Below, one piece after another: positions 9,043 through 18,807 of a stretch of DNA of 64,000 nucleotides. The notes under the pieces were generated by a model that saw nothing but the letters and a program-made list of their open reading frames with translations, did no database searches and was not told the DNA's origin. Each line of letters starts with the position of its first letter. Position 1 is the first letter of the stretch. A program made the position numbers and the translations under genes. This DNA is from Bacteroidales bacterium (lineage in GTDB: Bacteria; Bacteroidota; Bacteroidia; Bacteroidales; GCA-2748055), in the NCBI GenBank assembly GCA_016936975.1, contig JAFGWU010000014.1:23529-87528 (forward strand), read 5' to 3'.

Positions 9043-9212
9043 TTCAGGGCTTTGTCCTCCGTAGCCTTGGCGAAGGAGGATCAGGGTTCAGGGGGCTCAC
9101 CTGCGTTGCTACAGGCAACTTCGGTAGAGAAAGCAGGATCTTGATTCTTCATTTAGCTGAGTATACTGCTAAAAATCGTTGATATTCCAGGCCAGGCATG
9201 GCGTAGCTACGA

Positions 9213-9250
9213 CTGCTTACTGCTTACTGCTTACTGCTTACTGCTTACTG
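9213..9250. repeat. Tandem heptamer (CTGCTTA)x5 plus a partial unit
   Basis: Direct reading: ctgctta x5 then ctg. It lies between the convergent stops of GH31 (+) and the GH106-like gene (-). Confidence 0.95.
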
Positions 9251-9278
9251 GTTCCCGGTTCCGGGTTAAATGATGTTT

Positions 9279-12200
9279 TTATTGGTTCTTGAAGGAGATC
9301 AGCTTTACAGGACCCAGCAATCCGGATGGTTCGGCCCGGTAAACGCCCATAAAACTCCCGATAAATGTGTCCAGCATACGCTCATTTTCCGGCAGGATTG
9401 CATCCCCGGCCAGACGGTTGGTCCACTGGTTCGTTACGGTAATTTCGAGCGTATTGGTTCCTTTTTTTACAAATGAGGTAATATCCGTGCGGTATGGTTC
9501 TTTCCAGAGAAGGGGCAGGGCTTTTCCATTCAGTTTTATTTCTGCCATATCCCTCACCTCCCCGAGATCAATTGTGATGTTCTTCCCCTCCTTTAGCCTT
9601 TTTGCAGAAACCCTGAAAGTTTTACTGTAGGTTGCTGAACCGGAGAAGTACTTCATGAACGGGTCACTCAGTTCGGCCCACGATACCAGCCTGTCGAGGG
9701 TTAAGGGTCCGGGATTGCCCGGACCGGGCAGGAAGGTCAGCTCCCATGGTCCTTCTATTTCTGTGAGGATATGTTCCTCAGGAACCGAAAGAAACCTTTC
9801 GTCCGGAGAAGCGGAATTGCTGAACACCACGAAAACAGATCCGTATTCCGGGAAATGGAGCGGCACAGTGGTTGATCCGTTTTCATTTCTGAACGAAACA
9901 GGTTCCATGGTCCCTTCCCCGGGGTGCCAGCACTCGGCCTGTTTATGGTTTACCCTGAACCGGAACGTAACATTTTGTTCCGTGTCCGAACGGTTTGAAA
10001 TAAAATAGATATCCGTATCGTCCATCTTTCGGTGTATCCACGAAAATTCAGCGTTCAGTTTCCTGTCGTAATTCACATCCTCCTGAACGCCGATTCGTTC
10101 CAGGAGTGCGGGAAGCGGTTCTCCCCATGCGACCAATCCTTTCCCGGCATATCTAACCGTTCTTCCGTTCCCGTCCAGGTCCCCCCATAGCGCTTCCGAC
10201 AGTTCATGGATTTCCTGTTCGCTTTCCGGATAACCTGCCAGACCCGGGGAAGCTGTAACCTTCGGACCCAGGATGACGGCGCCCCCAATCACCAGCTCCC
10301 TGATTTTTCTTAGCAGGGGAAGGGTCATTCGTGGCGATCCCGGCAGGACCAGGATCCGGTAAGATGCTCCTCCGGGCAAAACGAGCTGTCCCCTCTCGTT
10401 TACATCCATCAGGTTGATCAGGGCATCCGCATTGATATAATCGTAATCGTACCCTTCTGGAACAGGAGGGCGAAGTCCGCCGCCCCAAAAGGGCATGGTC
10501 GACGGTGCCCCTTCGTCGAGCAGGTAAACCAGGTCGGCAACAGAATGCCCCTGCTGAAGCATAAATGAGGTGCGCGCAATGTAATCCATAAACGGCTTTG
10601 CCTGTTCCGCCCAGGTAATGTTCCGGTGCAGGTGTGTTCCCACCATGGTATTGCCGGGCCTGGTGTCGAGGGGCTGGTGGGCGGAAGTATGAAACACAAA
10701 CCGGTTAATGCCCTGCGTGAACCAGTAATCGCCAATTTGTTTCAACCTGAATGGAGACTCATATCCGCCTCCCGTGAAGGCTTCTGCCGCGGCAATTTTT
10801 TTGCCATAAACATGAGCAGCCGATGCAGCGCCACGGACATCCACCCGGTACATGATACCCGGATGCAGGTCCCAAACCCAGAACTCCCCCATGGGGACAT
10901 CAACCTGCTTTTTATTCAGCAGTGCATCTTCCATCACTTCCAGTGATACGCCCGATGCTTCACCGTAAGTTCTCAAGCCTTTTTCATGGGCGATACCGGT
11001 GATCGTTCCGTAATGATTTTCAGCAAACATATCGGCAAGCGTCCGGCGGAAATCCCACAGGAACCGGTCGCTCATCTCTGCGCTTTCCACAACGTAACCT
11101 GAAAGGGCCGGCAGCCAGGGCAGGGGATCGTACCCGCGGCGGGTGGCAAATTCTTCAGCCATATCATCGGTCCAGTTCTGCATCCCGGCCTCCCAGCTGT
11201 CGAGGAGCAGATGTTGCAGAGGTGTATCCTGCAAGGAACCCTCAGATTGCTCCAGCGCTTTCAGGTATGCTTCAATATAGGCCGCTGTATGTTCTTCATT
11301 CAGTTTGTCCACCTCATAACCGGTCCCGGCAGGAACGGCCGGCCGGTTTTTTGCACCGGTCAGGGAATAGCCGAACCGCATGATGGTCCATGACCCTTCA
11401 GGAACATCCCAGCTGAGGACCCCGTTTTCATCCATTCGGCCGGTCAGGTCCGTCACCTGTTGTGCACTGATTACCGATGTTCCGGGTGCTTCGGGGGTGG
11501 GGGAGGAACCATATTCAAACAGTATGCTGAATCCGGCCTTATCTTCCCACCGGTGAACCCGGCTTCCCTGATGAAGGATGCATTCGGTAAGGGTGACGGC
11601 ATCGGGATATTTAAGGAGTGTTTGGCTCATTACTCCTGCCGGCGATGGGGCGGCCCTGGTTATTTCCAGCCTGAAACAACGGGCTGTGGTCCCGGGAAAA
11701 GTATAGGTTCTGACCTTCCCGGACCTGTAGTTCTGGGTTCCGGGTAACGACACGATGGTCCGGAACGCCTGTCCGTCATCTCCGGCCAGCAGCCTTCCTT
11801 CGGGGATCCCTTCCCGGGAGGCAATTGAGAATGATCGTACCGTAACGGGCATCTCATAAGTGAACTGGATCCAGAGCGGACCGCTGTCGGCCGGCGGGGA
11901 GATTTTCAGTGCGGTATTCAGGTTATCGTCCAACAGGGGGTTGCCATCCAAATTGCCGGAATGGGTGGTTACAACGGGCTGATGTTTACTGTATACCTGT
12001 TCGTCCGGCGGTATGGGGAAGGCAATTATCCTCTGGTCCCTGTAGTATATGGGATTTGCGATCGTATCCGGTCTGCTGCTGCGCTGCATATCCCTGATGG
12101 GTCCATTATTTGCAGGTGGTTTGGGAAGGCTTCCGTTGAACAGGGAGGGACCATCCACGGTTGTTTTACTCCAGACCAGCTTTTTCATGGCCTGTTCGGG

Positions 12201-12611
12201 CTTCACCCACGGACCGCCCGTCAGGCTCCAGCCCGGTGAGCTGAAGATGCCCATCTCCAGCCCCAGCCTTTTTGCCTCCTGTGCCGCATGACCGATGGCA
12301 TTTAGCCATTCGGGGTAGCCGAAGAAAACCGGATCCTCCACCTTCTGACCCATCCCGAACGCCACATCGGCAAGCTGGAACCCGGCAATGCCCGACCGTT
12401 TCATCCATTCCAGGTCCTTTGTGATACCCTCCTTCGTGACGTTTCCCATCGTCCAGTGCCACCAGGTCAGCGGTCTGGAAGAATCAGGGGGATTGCTGAA
12501 CCCATTCCGGAGCAGGGTGAGGGTTTCCTGCGTAAATGTATTAAGGCTTATCAGGATGAAAAGGCCTGAGAACAGGATCTTTGAGAGGAATGGTTTAAAC
12601 GGTCTTTTCAT
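9279..12611 (-). CDS. Large exo-glycosidase, GH106-like (alpha-L-rhamnosidase type) with a C-terminal sugar-binding jelly-roll
   Basis: ORF 9279..12647; the likely start is MKRPFKPFL at 12611, followed by a signal peptide. The N-terminal motif PLTWWHWTMGNVTKEGITKDLEWMKRSGIAGFQL resembles the GH106 family as I recall it. The family call is from memory only. Confidence 0.6.
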   Translation of the reverse strand: MKRPFKPFLSKILFSGLFILISLNTFTQETLTLLRNGFSNPPDSSRPLTWWHWTMGNVTKEGITKDLEWMKRSGIAGFQLADVAFGMGQKVEDPVFFGYPEWLNAIGHAAQEAKRLGLEMGIFSSPGWSLTGGPWVKPEQAMKKLVWSKTTVDGPSLFNGSLPKPPANNGPIRDMQRSSRPDTIANPIYYRDQRIIAFPIPPDEQVYSKHQPVVTTHSGNLDGNPLLDDNLNTALKISPPADSGPLWIQFTYEMPVTVRSFSIASREGIPEGRLLAGDDGQAFRTIVSLPGTQNYRSGKVRTYTFPGTTARCFRLEITRAAPSPAGVMSQTLLKYPDAVTLTECILHQGSRVHRWEDKAGFSILFEYGSSPTPEAPGTSVISAQQVTDLTGRMDENGVLSWDVPEGSWTIMRFGYSLTGAKNRPAVPAGTGYEVDKLNEEHTAAYIEAYLKALEQSEGSLQDTPLQHLLLDSWEAGMQNWTDDMAEEFATRRGYDPLPWLPALSGYVVESAEMSDRFLWDFRRTLADMFAENHYGTITGIAHEKGLRTYGEASGVSLEVMEDALLNKKQVDVPMGEFWVWDLHPGIMYRVDVRGAASAAHVYGKKIAAAEAFTGGGYESPFRLKQIGDYWFTQGINRFVFHTSAHQPLDTRPGNTMVGTHLHRNITWAEQAKPFMDYIARTSFMLQQGHSVADLVYLLDEGAPSTMPFWGGGLRPPVPEGYDYDYINADALINLMDVNERGQLVLPGGASYRILVLPGSPRMTLPLLRKIRELVIGGAVILGPKVTASPGLAGYPESEQEIHELSEALWGDLDGNGRTVRYAGKGLVAWGEPLPALLERIGVQEDVNYDRKLNAEFSWIHRKMDDTDIYFISNRSDTEQNVTFRFRVNHKQAECWHPGEGTMEPVSFRNENGSTTVPLHFPEYGSVFVVFSNSASPDERFLSVPEEHILTEIEGPWELTFLPGPGNPGPLTLDRLVSWAELSDPFMKYFSGSATYSKTFRVSAKRLKEGKNITIDLGEVRDMAEIKLNGKALPLLWKEPYRTDITSFVKKGTNTLEITVTNQWTNRLAGDAILPENERMLDTFIGSFMGVYRAEPSGLLGPVKLISFKNQ

Positions 12612-12663
12612 ATGCACAGCCTGACAGGTCTTTGAACAGGAGGTCATCCGGTTAAGGTTTCAG

Positions 12664-14025
12664 TTATTCATAAACTCTTTTAAGCCATTCCTCCGGCACC
12701 GGGATGATGCAGATATTCATGGATTCGTCATCCCTGGAAAGCATGGCCGACTGGATCTGTATTTTTGTGCCGTCGGGACTGAAGGTCGGGTGGGGATGAT
12801 CATCGGCTGTTCGTTTATGACCGGCCGACAACAGCATCATTTCGTGATTATGGCGGTCGATGAGGTGGATCTCCCTGGCAAAGTTATCCCCGGCCAGGAA
12901 CCGTCCGTCGGCTGATCCGGTGACATGCCAGAAACCGCTTCCGTAAGGTATCTGACCTTCAAGCATCATTCTGCGCGTGCTGATACGCACCACCCCGAGC
13001 CCTGTTGGTTTCTCCCTGGTCCCCGAAGGGCCCCATTCAGGTTCCTGGCCGGGATTGGTCCGACGGTTGCCCGTACGGATCGTATCATTTCCTTCCTCAC
13101 GGTCGCGAATGGGGCGGTGTCCCATAATGGCGAATGCCACCTCATCCGGACTGATGACCGCTTCGTGGGTCACCCACTCATAGGGTGATTCCGGGTAGAG
13201 CGGCCGGAGGCCGGTTCCGTCTGAACTGACGATCCAGGTGCGCTGGGGAGCCTTGCCCCCTGTTTCCCAGCAAAAGACAATCTGTCCGGGAACCCATGGA
13301 TTGGATTGAATGTGGCCGACCTGGAACGGAACCGACACCACATGTTTTATCTCCCCGGTCTGCAGGTTCATGCCGGCAAGGCCGCCCGGACCGGCGCCCA
13401 TGTTCCGTGGACCGAAGGAAGGTTCAATCTTTGTGCCTTCAGGGAGATGTTTTTCCGCTTCCTCTTTCCCTACTCGGAACCAGATCCACTCTTCTCTGCC
13501 GTCGAGGGCCATGTCCCCCCCGGCTCCCATGCCGGGCAGTATGGTACCGCAAACCCTGAGGTACGCAGGTTCATCCTTCACAGTGCCGGCTTCACTGTCG
13601 GAAAACAGTGCTTCCAGGTCCACCTCGACAATTTCAGGTGCATTTCTTAAGGGATCCCTTGAAAAGCCTCTCATGTAATAGAGCTTCATCGATTTCCGGG
13701 CAACAATCAGCATCCCCCTCAAACCCTGTTCGGTGACCTGCACCATGTCACCCGTTTGCTCGTTGACCGCCATGCCTGCCCCTCCGATGCGGCCCGACCG
13801 GAAGATCAGCCAGTTGCCGTCGGAGGTCCACTGATTGTGGGTGGGATAGATTTTCCGGTCCCCTTCAGGGGTACTGGTAAGAAATATCAGTTCGGTGCCG
13901 GTTACCGGATCCCTGATGACCTTTCGTTCGGAAGGAAAACGGGTGCCAATCTGCGACAGGAGGGGAGTGTAAGATACAATACACAGGATCAGAAAAACCC
14001 ATAACAATTTTTTTTCTGTTTTCAT
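12664..14025 (-). CDS. PL22-like oligogalacturonide lyase family beta-propeller
   Basis: Signal peptide present. DPVTGTELIFLTSTP...HNQWTSDGNWLIFRS and the C-terminal DDHPHPTFSPDGTKI resemble Ogl-type lyases (THPHPSFTP motif). Confidence 0.65.
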   Translation of the reverse strand: MKTEKKLLWVFLILCIVSYTPLLSQIGTRFPSERKVIRDPVTGTELIFLTSTPEGDRKIYPTHNQWTSDGNWLIFRSGRIGGAGMAVNEQTGDMVQVTEQGLRGMLIVARKSMKLYYMRGFSRDPLRNAPEIVEVDLEALFSDSEAGTVKDEPAYLRVCGTILPGMGAGGDMALDGREEWIWFRVGKEEAEKHLPEGTKIEPSFGPRNMGAGPGGLAGMNLQTGEIKHVVSVPFQVGHIQSNPWVPGQIVFCWETGGKAPQRTWIVSSDGTGLRPLYPESPYEWVTHEAVISPDEVAFAIMGHRPIRDREEGNDTIRTGNRRTNPGQEPEWGPSGTREKPTGLGVVRISTRRMMLEGQIPYGSGFWHVTGSADGRFLAGDNFAREIHLIDRHNHEMMLLSAGHKRTADDHPHPTFSPDGTKIQIQSAMLSRDDESMNICIIPVPEEWLKRVYE

Positions 14026-14057
14026 AGTTCTTTCAATTTTCTGAAGTTGTCCGGCAT

Positions 14058-15449
14058 TTAATCTTCGATATTGAATATCGCTCCTTCAGCTTTAATCTTC
14101 CTGTCGTAGAATTGAATGGAGCTGTCGTTGCTGTTCGGGTTCGTTTGTTTCAGCAGGGCGATCATTTCAGCACCTGCCAGGATGGTTGGTCCGTAACCAT
14201 GGGCCGCAAACCTGCTTACCGGGCGGTAGTAATAGAATGCGGGGTCGAACCCCATCCCGGTACCCACACAGGTCCCTTCCACCTGCCCCTGCTCATTGAC
14301 CTTTGAGGCCACCGCGTTCCATGCCAGGCACACCATGGGGCCGTACACTTTGGCGTCTACATAACCCCGGTTGACGGCCCGTGCAATGGAGTAGGTAAAA
14401 ATGGCTGTTGCAGAGGTCTCCAGGTATGAATCGTTACGATCGATCAGCTGGTGCCAGAAGCCGAAGGGGGACTGATACCCGGCCAGCCCGCGGATATGCT
14501 GTTGAAGCAGATGGAGTACATCCCCGCGTTGGGGATGGTCGGCAGGCAGGACCTCCAGCAATTCCACGATGGCCATGATCGCCCAGCCGTTTGCCCTTGC
14601 CCAGTGATACGCGGGATGCTCCTCCATGCCCATGACCCAGCCGTGAATAAAAAGGCCCTTCTCCTCAATGAACATCCGTTCGGAAAACTGCAGGACCTGT
14701 TTTACAGCATCATCAAAATATTTATACTCACCGGTATACTTGCCCATTTGTGCCAGGGCCGGGACGCTCATGAACAGGTCGTCGAGCCAGAGCGTATTGG
14801 GATGCGGCCGGTTACGCGCCAGGGTGCCGTCTTCCAACCGGAACTGGTTTTGACTGATGTGGTTTATAGTGGTGTCGATCATCGGGTCCAGGTCCAGTCC
14901 GGATCCTGTACGTTTGGTTTTGATCATCGCCGCGCACATCGAGCCGGCATCATCCAGGGTGTGAGGATGAAGAACGGAGGTGAGGGGGTGACGGATGTCC
15001 GGGTGCCGGGTTTCATATTCCATAAAATAGGGGCGGGCACCGGCCAGGAACTTCATCCGTTCGAAGGTGTAACCGGCATATTTTGTGTCTCCGGTAACCT
15101 GTGAGGCAAGCAGCATACCGGCATAGGTGACGCCCCACTCATAGCTTATCAAACGAAAATCACTCTCTGCGAATCGAAGGCGTTTTGCGGATTGTATATC
15201 CTTCAGATCCGTCAGTTCCTTGCCGGTCTCATCCACCATTTGAGAGGGTGTTGTTGCTTCTAGGTAATTGGTTATCCGGTCGAGGACGGCAACTATATCC
15301 GATTCAGAGGGTACCCCGTATTGGGTGACATAGTCGGGCCGAAGGAGGTGCAGGGGGGTGTTGGAATCGGTCCGGTCCTGGGCCTGCAGTCCGGCCATGA
15401 AACAGAGGAACAGTAAACTCTTTAGAAACAATATGGTTGCAATTTTCAT
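14058..15449 (-). CDS. GH105 unsaturated rhamnogalacturonyl/glucuronyl hydrolase (YteR/YesR-like)
   Basis: Motifs WLDDLFMSVPALAQMG, WARANGWAIMAIVELLEVLP and FWHQLIDRNDSYLETSATAIF. The likely start is MKIATILF at 15449; the track ORF extends to 15542. Confidence 0.85.
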   Translation of the reverse strand: MKIATILFLKSLLFLCFMAGLQAQDRTDSNTPLHLLRPDYVTQYGVPSESDIVAVLDRITNYLEATTPSQMVDETGKELTDLKDIQSAKRLRFAESDFRLISYEWGVTYAGMLLASQVTGDTKYAGYTFERMKFLAGARPYFMEYETRHPDIRHPLTSVLHPHTLDDAGSMCAAMIKTKRTGSGLDLDPMIDTTINHISQNQFRLEDGTLARNRPHPNTLWLDDLFMSVPALAQMGKYTGEYKYFDDAVKQVLQFSERMFIEEKGLFIHGWVMGMEEHPAYHWARANGWAIMAIVELLEVLPADHPQRGDVLHLLQQHIRGLAGYQSPFGFWHQLIDRNDSYLETSATAIFTYSIARAVNRGYVDAKVYGPMVCLAWNAVASKVNEQGQVEGTCVGTGMGFDPAFYYYRPVSRFAAHGYGPTILAGAEMIALLKQTNPNSNDSSIQFYDRKIKAEGAIFNIED

Positions 15450-15695
15450 AACCTTCAGTTTTTGGTTTGGAGGAGATATTAAAGGTACGATAAATATAAT
15501 AAATTGGAGGAGAAGACACACTCCACAGGCTACAGGCTTCATCTGACCGGATTTGTTTTTTGTTGTTTATTTTTTTATTTATTTCACCTTTCTGTATATT
15601 TAAGGTTTCCGGATTGCTTCACAGCTATCAATAACTAAAGGGTAGTACTATTTCATCATACATTACTATGTAATACTAACTATAAAATAATCAAG

Positions 15696-18600
15696 ATGAA
15701 ACAATTATTTGTATCCCTGTTCTGCCTGCTCTGTGCGGGCGGAATTTTTGCACAGGCACGACTGAGCGGCACCGTGACCGATGAGATGGCGGTTCCGGTT
15801 CCGGGAGCTTCAGTCTTCGTGAAAGGAACTTCCGTCGGAACCATTACCGATCAGGATGGACACTTCATGATTGAGGCACCTGCTTCATCCGGAACACTGG
15901 TATTTTCCTTCGTGGGAATGCAGACCCGGGAGATGGAGTTCAGCGGAGATGCTGTGTTCGATGTGGTGATGGAGAGTGAAGCCATCGGGCTCGAGGAGGT
16001 TGTGGCCATTGGTTATGGTACGGTCAGAAAGCGTGATCTGACCGGAGCGGTCTCCTCGGTTAAAAGCGAGGATATCCAGATGGCCCCGGTGGTCAATCCC
16101 GTTGAGGCCATCCAGGGACGGGTGGCAGGACTGGACATTACACGTAACGACGGACGGGCCAATTCCGGTATGAACATCCTGCTCCGGGGCAACCGTTCCC
16201 TGACGGCCAGCAGTGAACCGATTTACATCATCGACGGCATCCAGGGAAGCATCAACAACCTGAACCCTGCCGATATTGTCTCTATTGATGTACTCAAGGA
16301 TGCCTCCTCGACCGCAATTTATGGTTCTGCCGGGGCAAACGGTGTTTTCATCGTTACCACCCGGAAAGCCGAGAAAGGTCAGATGCAGGTCGATTTCGAT
16401 TCCTATGTCAGCATCAACAGCTGGCCTTCGTTCCCGCGTGCCCTGCAGGAGGATGCATGGTTCAACTATCTCGAGGAGGGTTACAGGGCCACCTATGACA
16501 CCCTGCCGGGAGATCGGGATGAATTGCTTTCAGCATGGGGACTGGCCCCCGGTGTGCTGAATCCTTATATCGACAGTGCAAAATGGGTCGACTGGATCGA
16601 TGAATCCCTGAATACCGGAATCCAGAGCAACAACATGCTTTCCATCCGTGGGGGCAATGACCTGGTGCAGTCGAGCTTCTCAATGGGATACAACAGGACC
16701 GAGGGGATCTATAAAAATGATTACGTGGATGTGTTCACGCTCCGTGAGAACCTGAATGTGGATGCTGCAAAGTGGGTCAGGTTCGGTATCACCACCGGAC
16801 TGATTTTCAGGAACAGCGAGTCCCGTCCGAGCCGTATCAACAAAACATTCAGCATGGTGCCGCTGGGCGATGTGTATGATGAAGAGGGAAACATCAACCA
16901 GTATCCCATTGAAGGCATGACGGATGTGATCAGTGTCCTGGCCGACAATATCGACGGAACCTATAAAAGCAACAGCAAGTCTTTTTCCATAACGGCCAAT
17001 CCCTATGCCGAATTTACCCTGGCAAAAGGACTGACCTTTAAATCCATCCTTGGGGCCTCCCTGTCGACTTCCCGCTCGGGCGTATTTAACAGCGATCATA
17101 CATACATGATGCTTTCCGGGAGCCAGACGGCCATCCGGAACGGAAGCTACAATACCGGCCTCGGCTACAACGTAACATGGGAGAATATTGCCAATTATAA
17201 TGTCACAATTGCCGGTGATCATGAGGTGAACGCCACGTTCATTACCTCCTATGGTAACAGTCAGAACGAATCATCCGGATCCTACAGTGAAGGATTCCTG
17301 TATGACGCCTTCCTCTTCTATAATCTCGACGGCGGGATCAATCCTTCCGTCAGCACCTATTACAGTGTCAAGAAGCGGATGTCCTACGCCGGAAGGATCA
17401 ATTATAATTTCATGGGCAGGTACCTGGTTACCGGATCCCTCCGCTATGACGGGGTATCCCAGCTTTCGGAAAAATGGGATCTTTTCCCGGCCGGTGCCGT
17501 GGCATGGAGAATTTCCGATGAGAGTTTCATGGAGGGGACCAGGAGCTGGCTAAGCCACCTGAAACTGCGCGTTGGATACGGCGTGTCGGGTAACTCCAAT
17601 ATCAATCCCTATGTAACCCGTTCGGAAGTGACCAGCGGATCCGATCCCATTAACCTTGGGGGAGGGGAACTCATTACCAGCATTCCCACCCAGGCCATCG
17701 GGAACACACTGCTGGGCTGGGAAAAATCATATAACCTGAATATCGGGATGGATTTCGGACTGTTCCGCAACAGGATTGACGGTTCTGTCGAATGGTATGA
17801 TACCGATACCCGGGATGTGATTTATGCCAGGAACCTTCCTTTCTCAGGAGGCGGGTTCGGGCCCAAACAACCCTATACCATGAATGCCAATATTGCCAGG
17901 ATGCACAACAGGGGCATTGAGATCACGGCAAACAGCCGGAACGTGCAGCATAGGGACTTCAGGTGGAATTCGACGTTAACCTTTGCCAGGAACTGGGAGG
18001 AGATTACCTCTATTGACCTGGGAAGCGGGACCAGCGTGGACGATCTGATCTCCCTGGGACTGTTCCTGGGTTCGCCGAAAAATACCTTCTATGGATACAG
18101 GAAGACAGGAATATGGCAGGAGGATGAGGCTGAAGATGCTGCGGTATTCGGACTGGCACCGGGGGATGTGAAGATTGAATCGAGCCTTATAAAAAGGGCG
18201 GACGGTGTCTGGTACAAGATCGTGGAGGATGAGGAAGGCAACTCATACGAGGAAGTGTTCACAGCCGACTCAGCCTATACCATCAATGCAGAGGCAGACC
18301 GTACGATCCTTGGACAGGGAACCCCGAAATGGACGGCCGGCCTTCTGAATACCTTTTACTTCAAAAGCTTCGATCTGAATATCTTTGTCACGGCACGGTG
18401 GGGCCATATGATCAGCGGTGATTTGCTGGGGTACTTCAGCTACGGGAGCTACAATATGCCCGATATTTATGATTACTGGACGGAAGATAACCCGACCAGC
18501 GATTATCCGAGACCATACCTGAGAAGGACCACCAGGTATTCATCCCCGGTTGCCGGCCTCAGTTACGTGGATGCTTCCTATGTAAAAATCAAGAATATAT

Positions 18601-18794
18601 CCCTGGGATACACCTTCCCCTCAAATATTGTGAACCGTGTGGGGATATCGAACCTGAGGATCTACGGTACCGTTTACAACGCCTTAATACTGACCAGGAG
18701 CCATTTGCTGAAGGGAATTGATCCCGAATCGGGGGCATCCGACTCGTTCCCCCTGTATAAACAGCTGGTTTTTGGTATCAATGTGTCATTCTAA
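15696..18794 (+). CDS. susC: SusC/RagA-family TonB-dependent outer-membrane transporter
   Basis: 1032 aa. It has an N-terminal CarboxypepD_reg-like domain (RLSGTVTDEMAVPVPGASVFVKGTSVGTITDQDGHF), a plug, a beta-barrel and a terminal F. There is no STN/anti-sigma signalling domain. Confidence 0.95.
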   Translation: MKQLFVSLFCLLCAGGIFAQARLSGTVTDEMAVPVPGASVFVKGTSVGTITDQDGHFMIEAPASSGTLVFSFVGMQTREMEFSGDAVFDVVMESEAIGLEEVVAIGYGTVRKRDLTGAVSSVKSEDIQMAPVVNPVEAIQGRVAGLDITRNDGRANSGMNILLRGNRSLTASSEPIYIIDGIQGSINNLNPADIVSIDVLKDASSTAIYGSAGANGVFIVTTRKAEKGQMQVDFDSYVSINSWPSFPRALQEDAWFNYLEEGYRATYDTLPGDRDELLSAWGLAPGVLNPYIDSAKWVDWIDESLNTGIQSNNMLSIRGGNDLVQSSFSMGYNRTEGIYKNDYVDVFTLRENLNVDAAKWVRFGITTGLIFRNSESRPSRINKTFSMVPLGDVYDEEGNINQYPIEGMTDVISVLADNIDGTYKSNSKSFSITANPYAEFTLAKGLTFKSILGASLSTSRSGVFNSDHTYMMLSGSQTAIRNGSYNTGLGYNVTWENIANYNVTIAGDHEVNATFITSYGNSQNESSGSYSEGFLYDAFLFYNLDGGINPSVSTYYSVKKRMSYAGRINYNFMGRYLVTGSLRYDGVSQLSEKWDLFPAGAVAWRISDESFMEGTRSWLSHLKLRVGYGVSGNSNINPYVTRSEVTSGSDPINLGGGELITSIPTQAIGNTLLGWEKSYNLNIGMDFGLFRNRIDGSVEWYDTDTRDVIYARNLPFSGGGFGPKQPYTMNANIARMHNRGIEITANSRNVQHRDFRWNSTLTFARNWEEITSIDLGSGTSVDDLISLGLFLGSPKNTFYGYRKTGIWQEDEAEDAAVFGLAPGDVKIESSLIKRADGVWYKIVEDEEGNSYEEVFTADSAYTINAEADRTILGQGTPKWTAGLLNTFYFKSFDLNIFVTARWGHMISGDLLGYFSYGSYNMPDIYDYWTEDNPTSDYPRPYLRRTTRYSSPVAGLSYVDASYVKIKNISLGYTFPSNIVNRVGISNLRIYGTVYNALILTRSHLLKGIDPESGASDSFPLYKQLVFGINVSF

Positions 18795-18807
18795 TAACAA
18801 TCAGGAA

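Noticed and set aside
9055-9080. Hairpin TCCTCC...GGAGGA after GH31 as an intrinsic terminator
   Set aside because: The stem is only 6 bp with a 14-nt loop and no following T-run, so it is not convincing as a terminator.
18718-18807. N-terminal extensions of track ORFs (SusD from 18718, GH105 to 15542, GH106-like to 12647, FprA to 46882, hydratase to 31756, HMGR to 26791, MCC alpha to 31014, BirA from 51567, PyrE to 53419)
   Set aside because: Downstream starts give proper signal peptides or conserved N-termini and remove overlaps with upstream genes. The extensions also overlap neighbouring CDSs.
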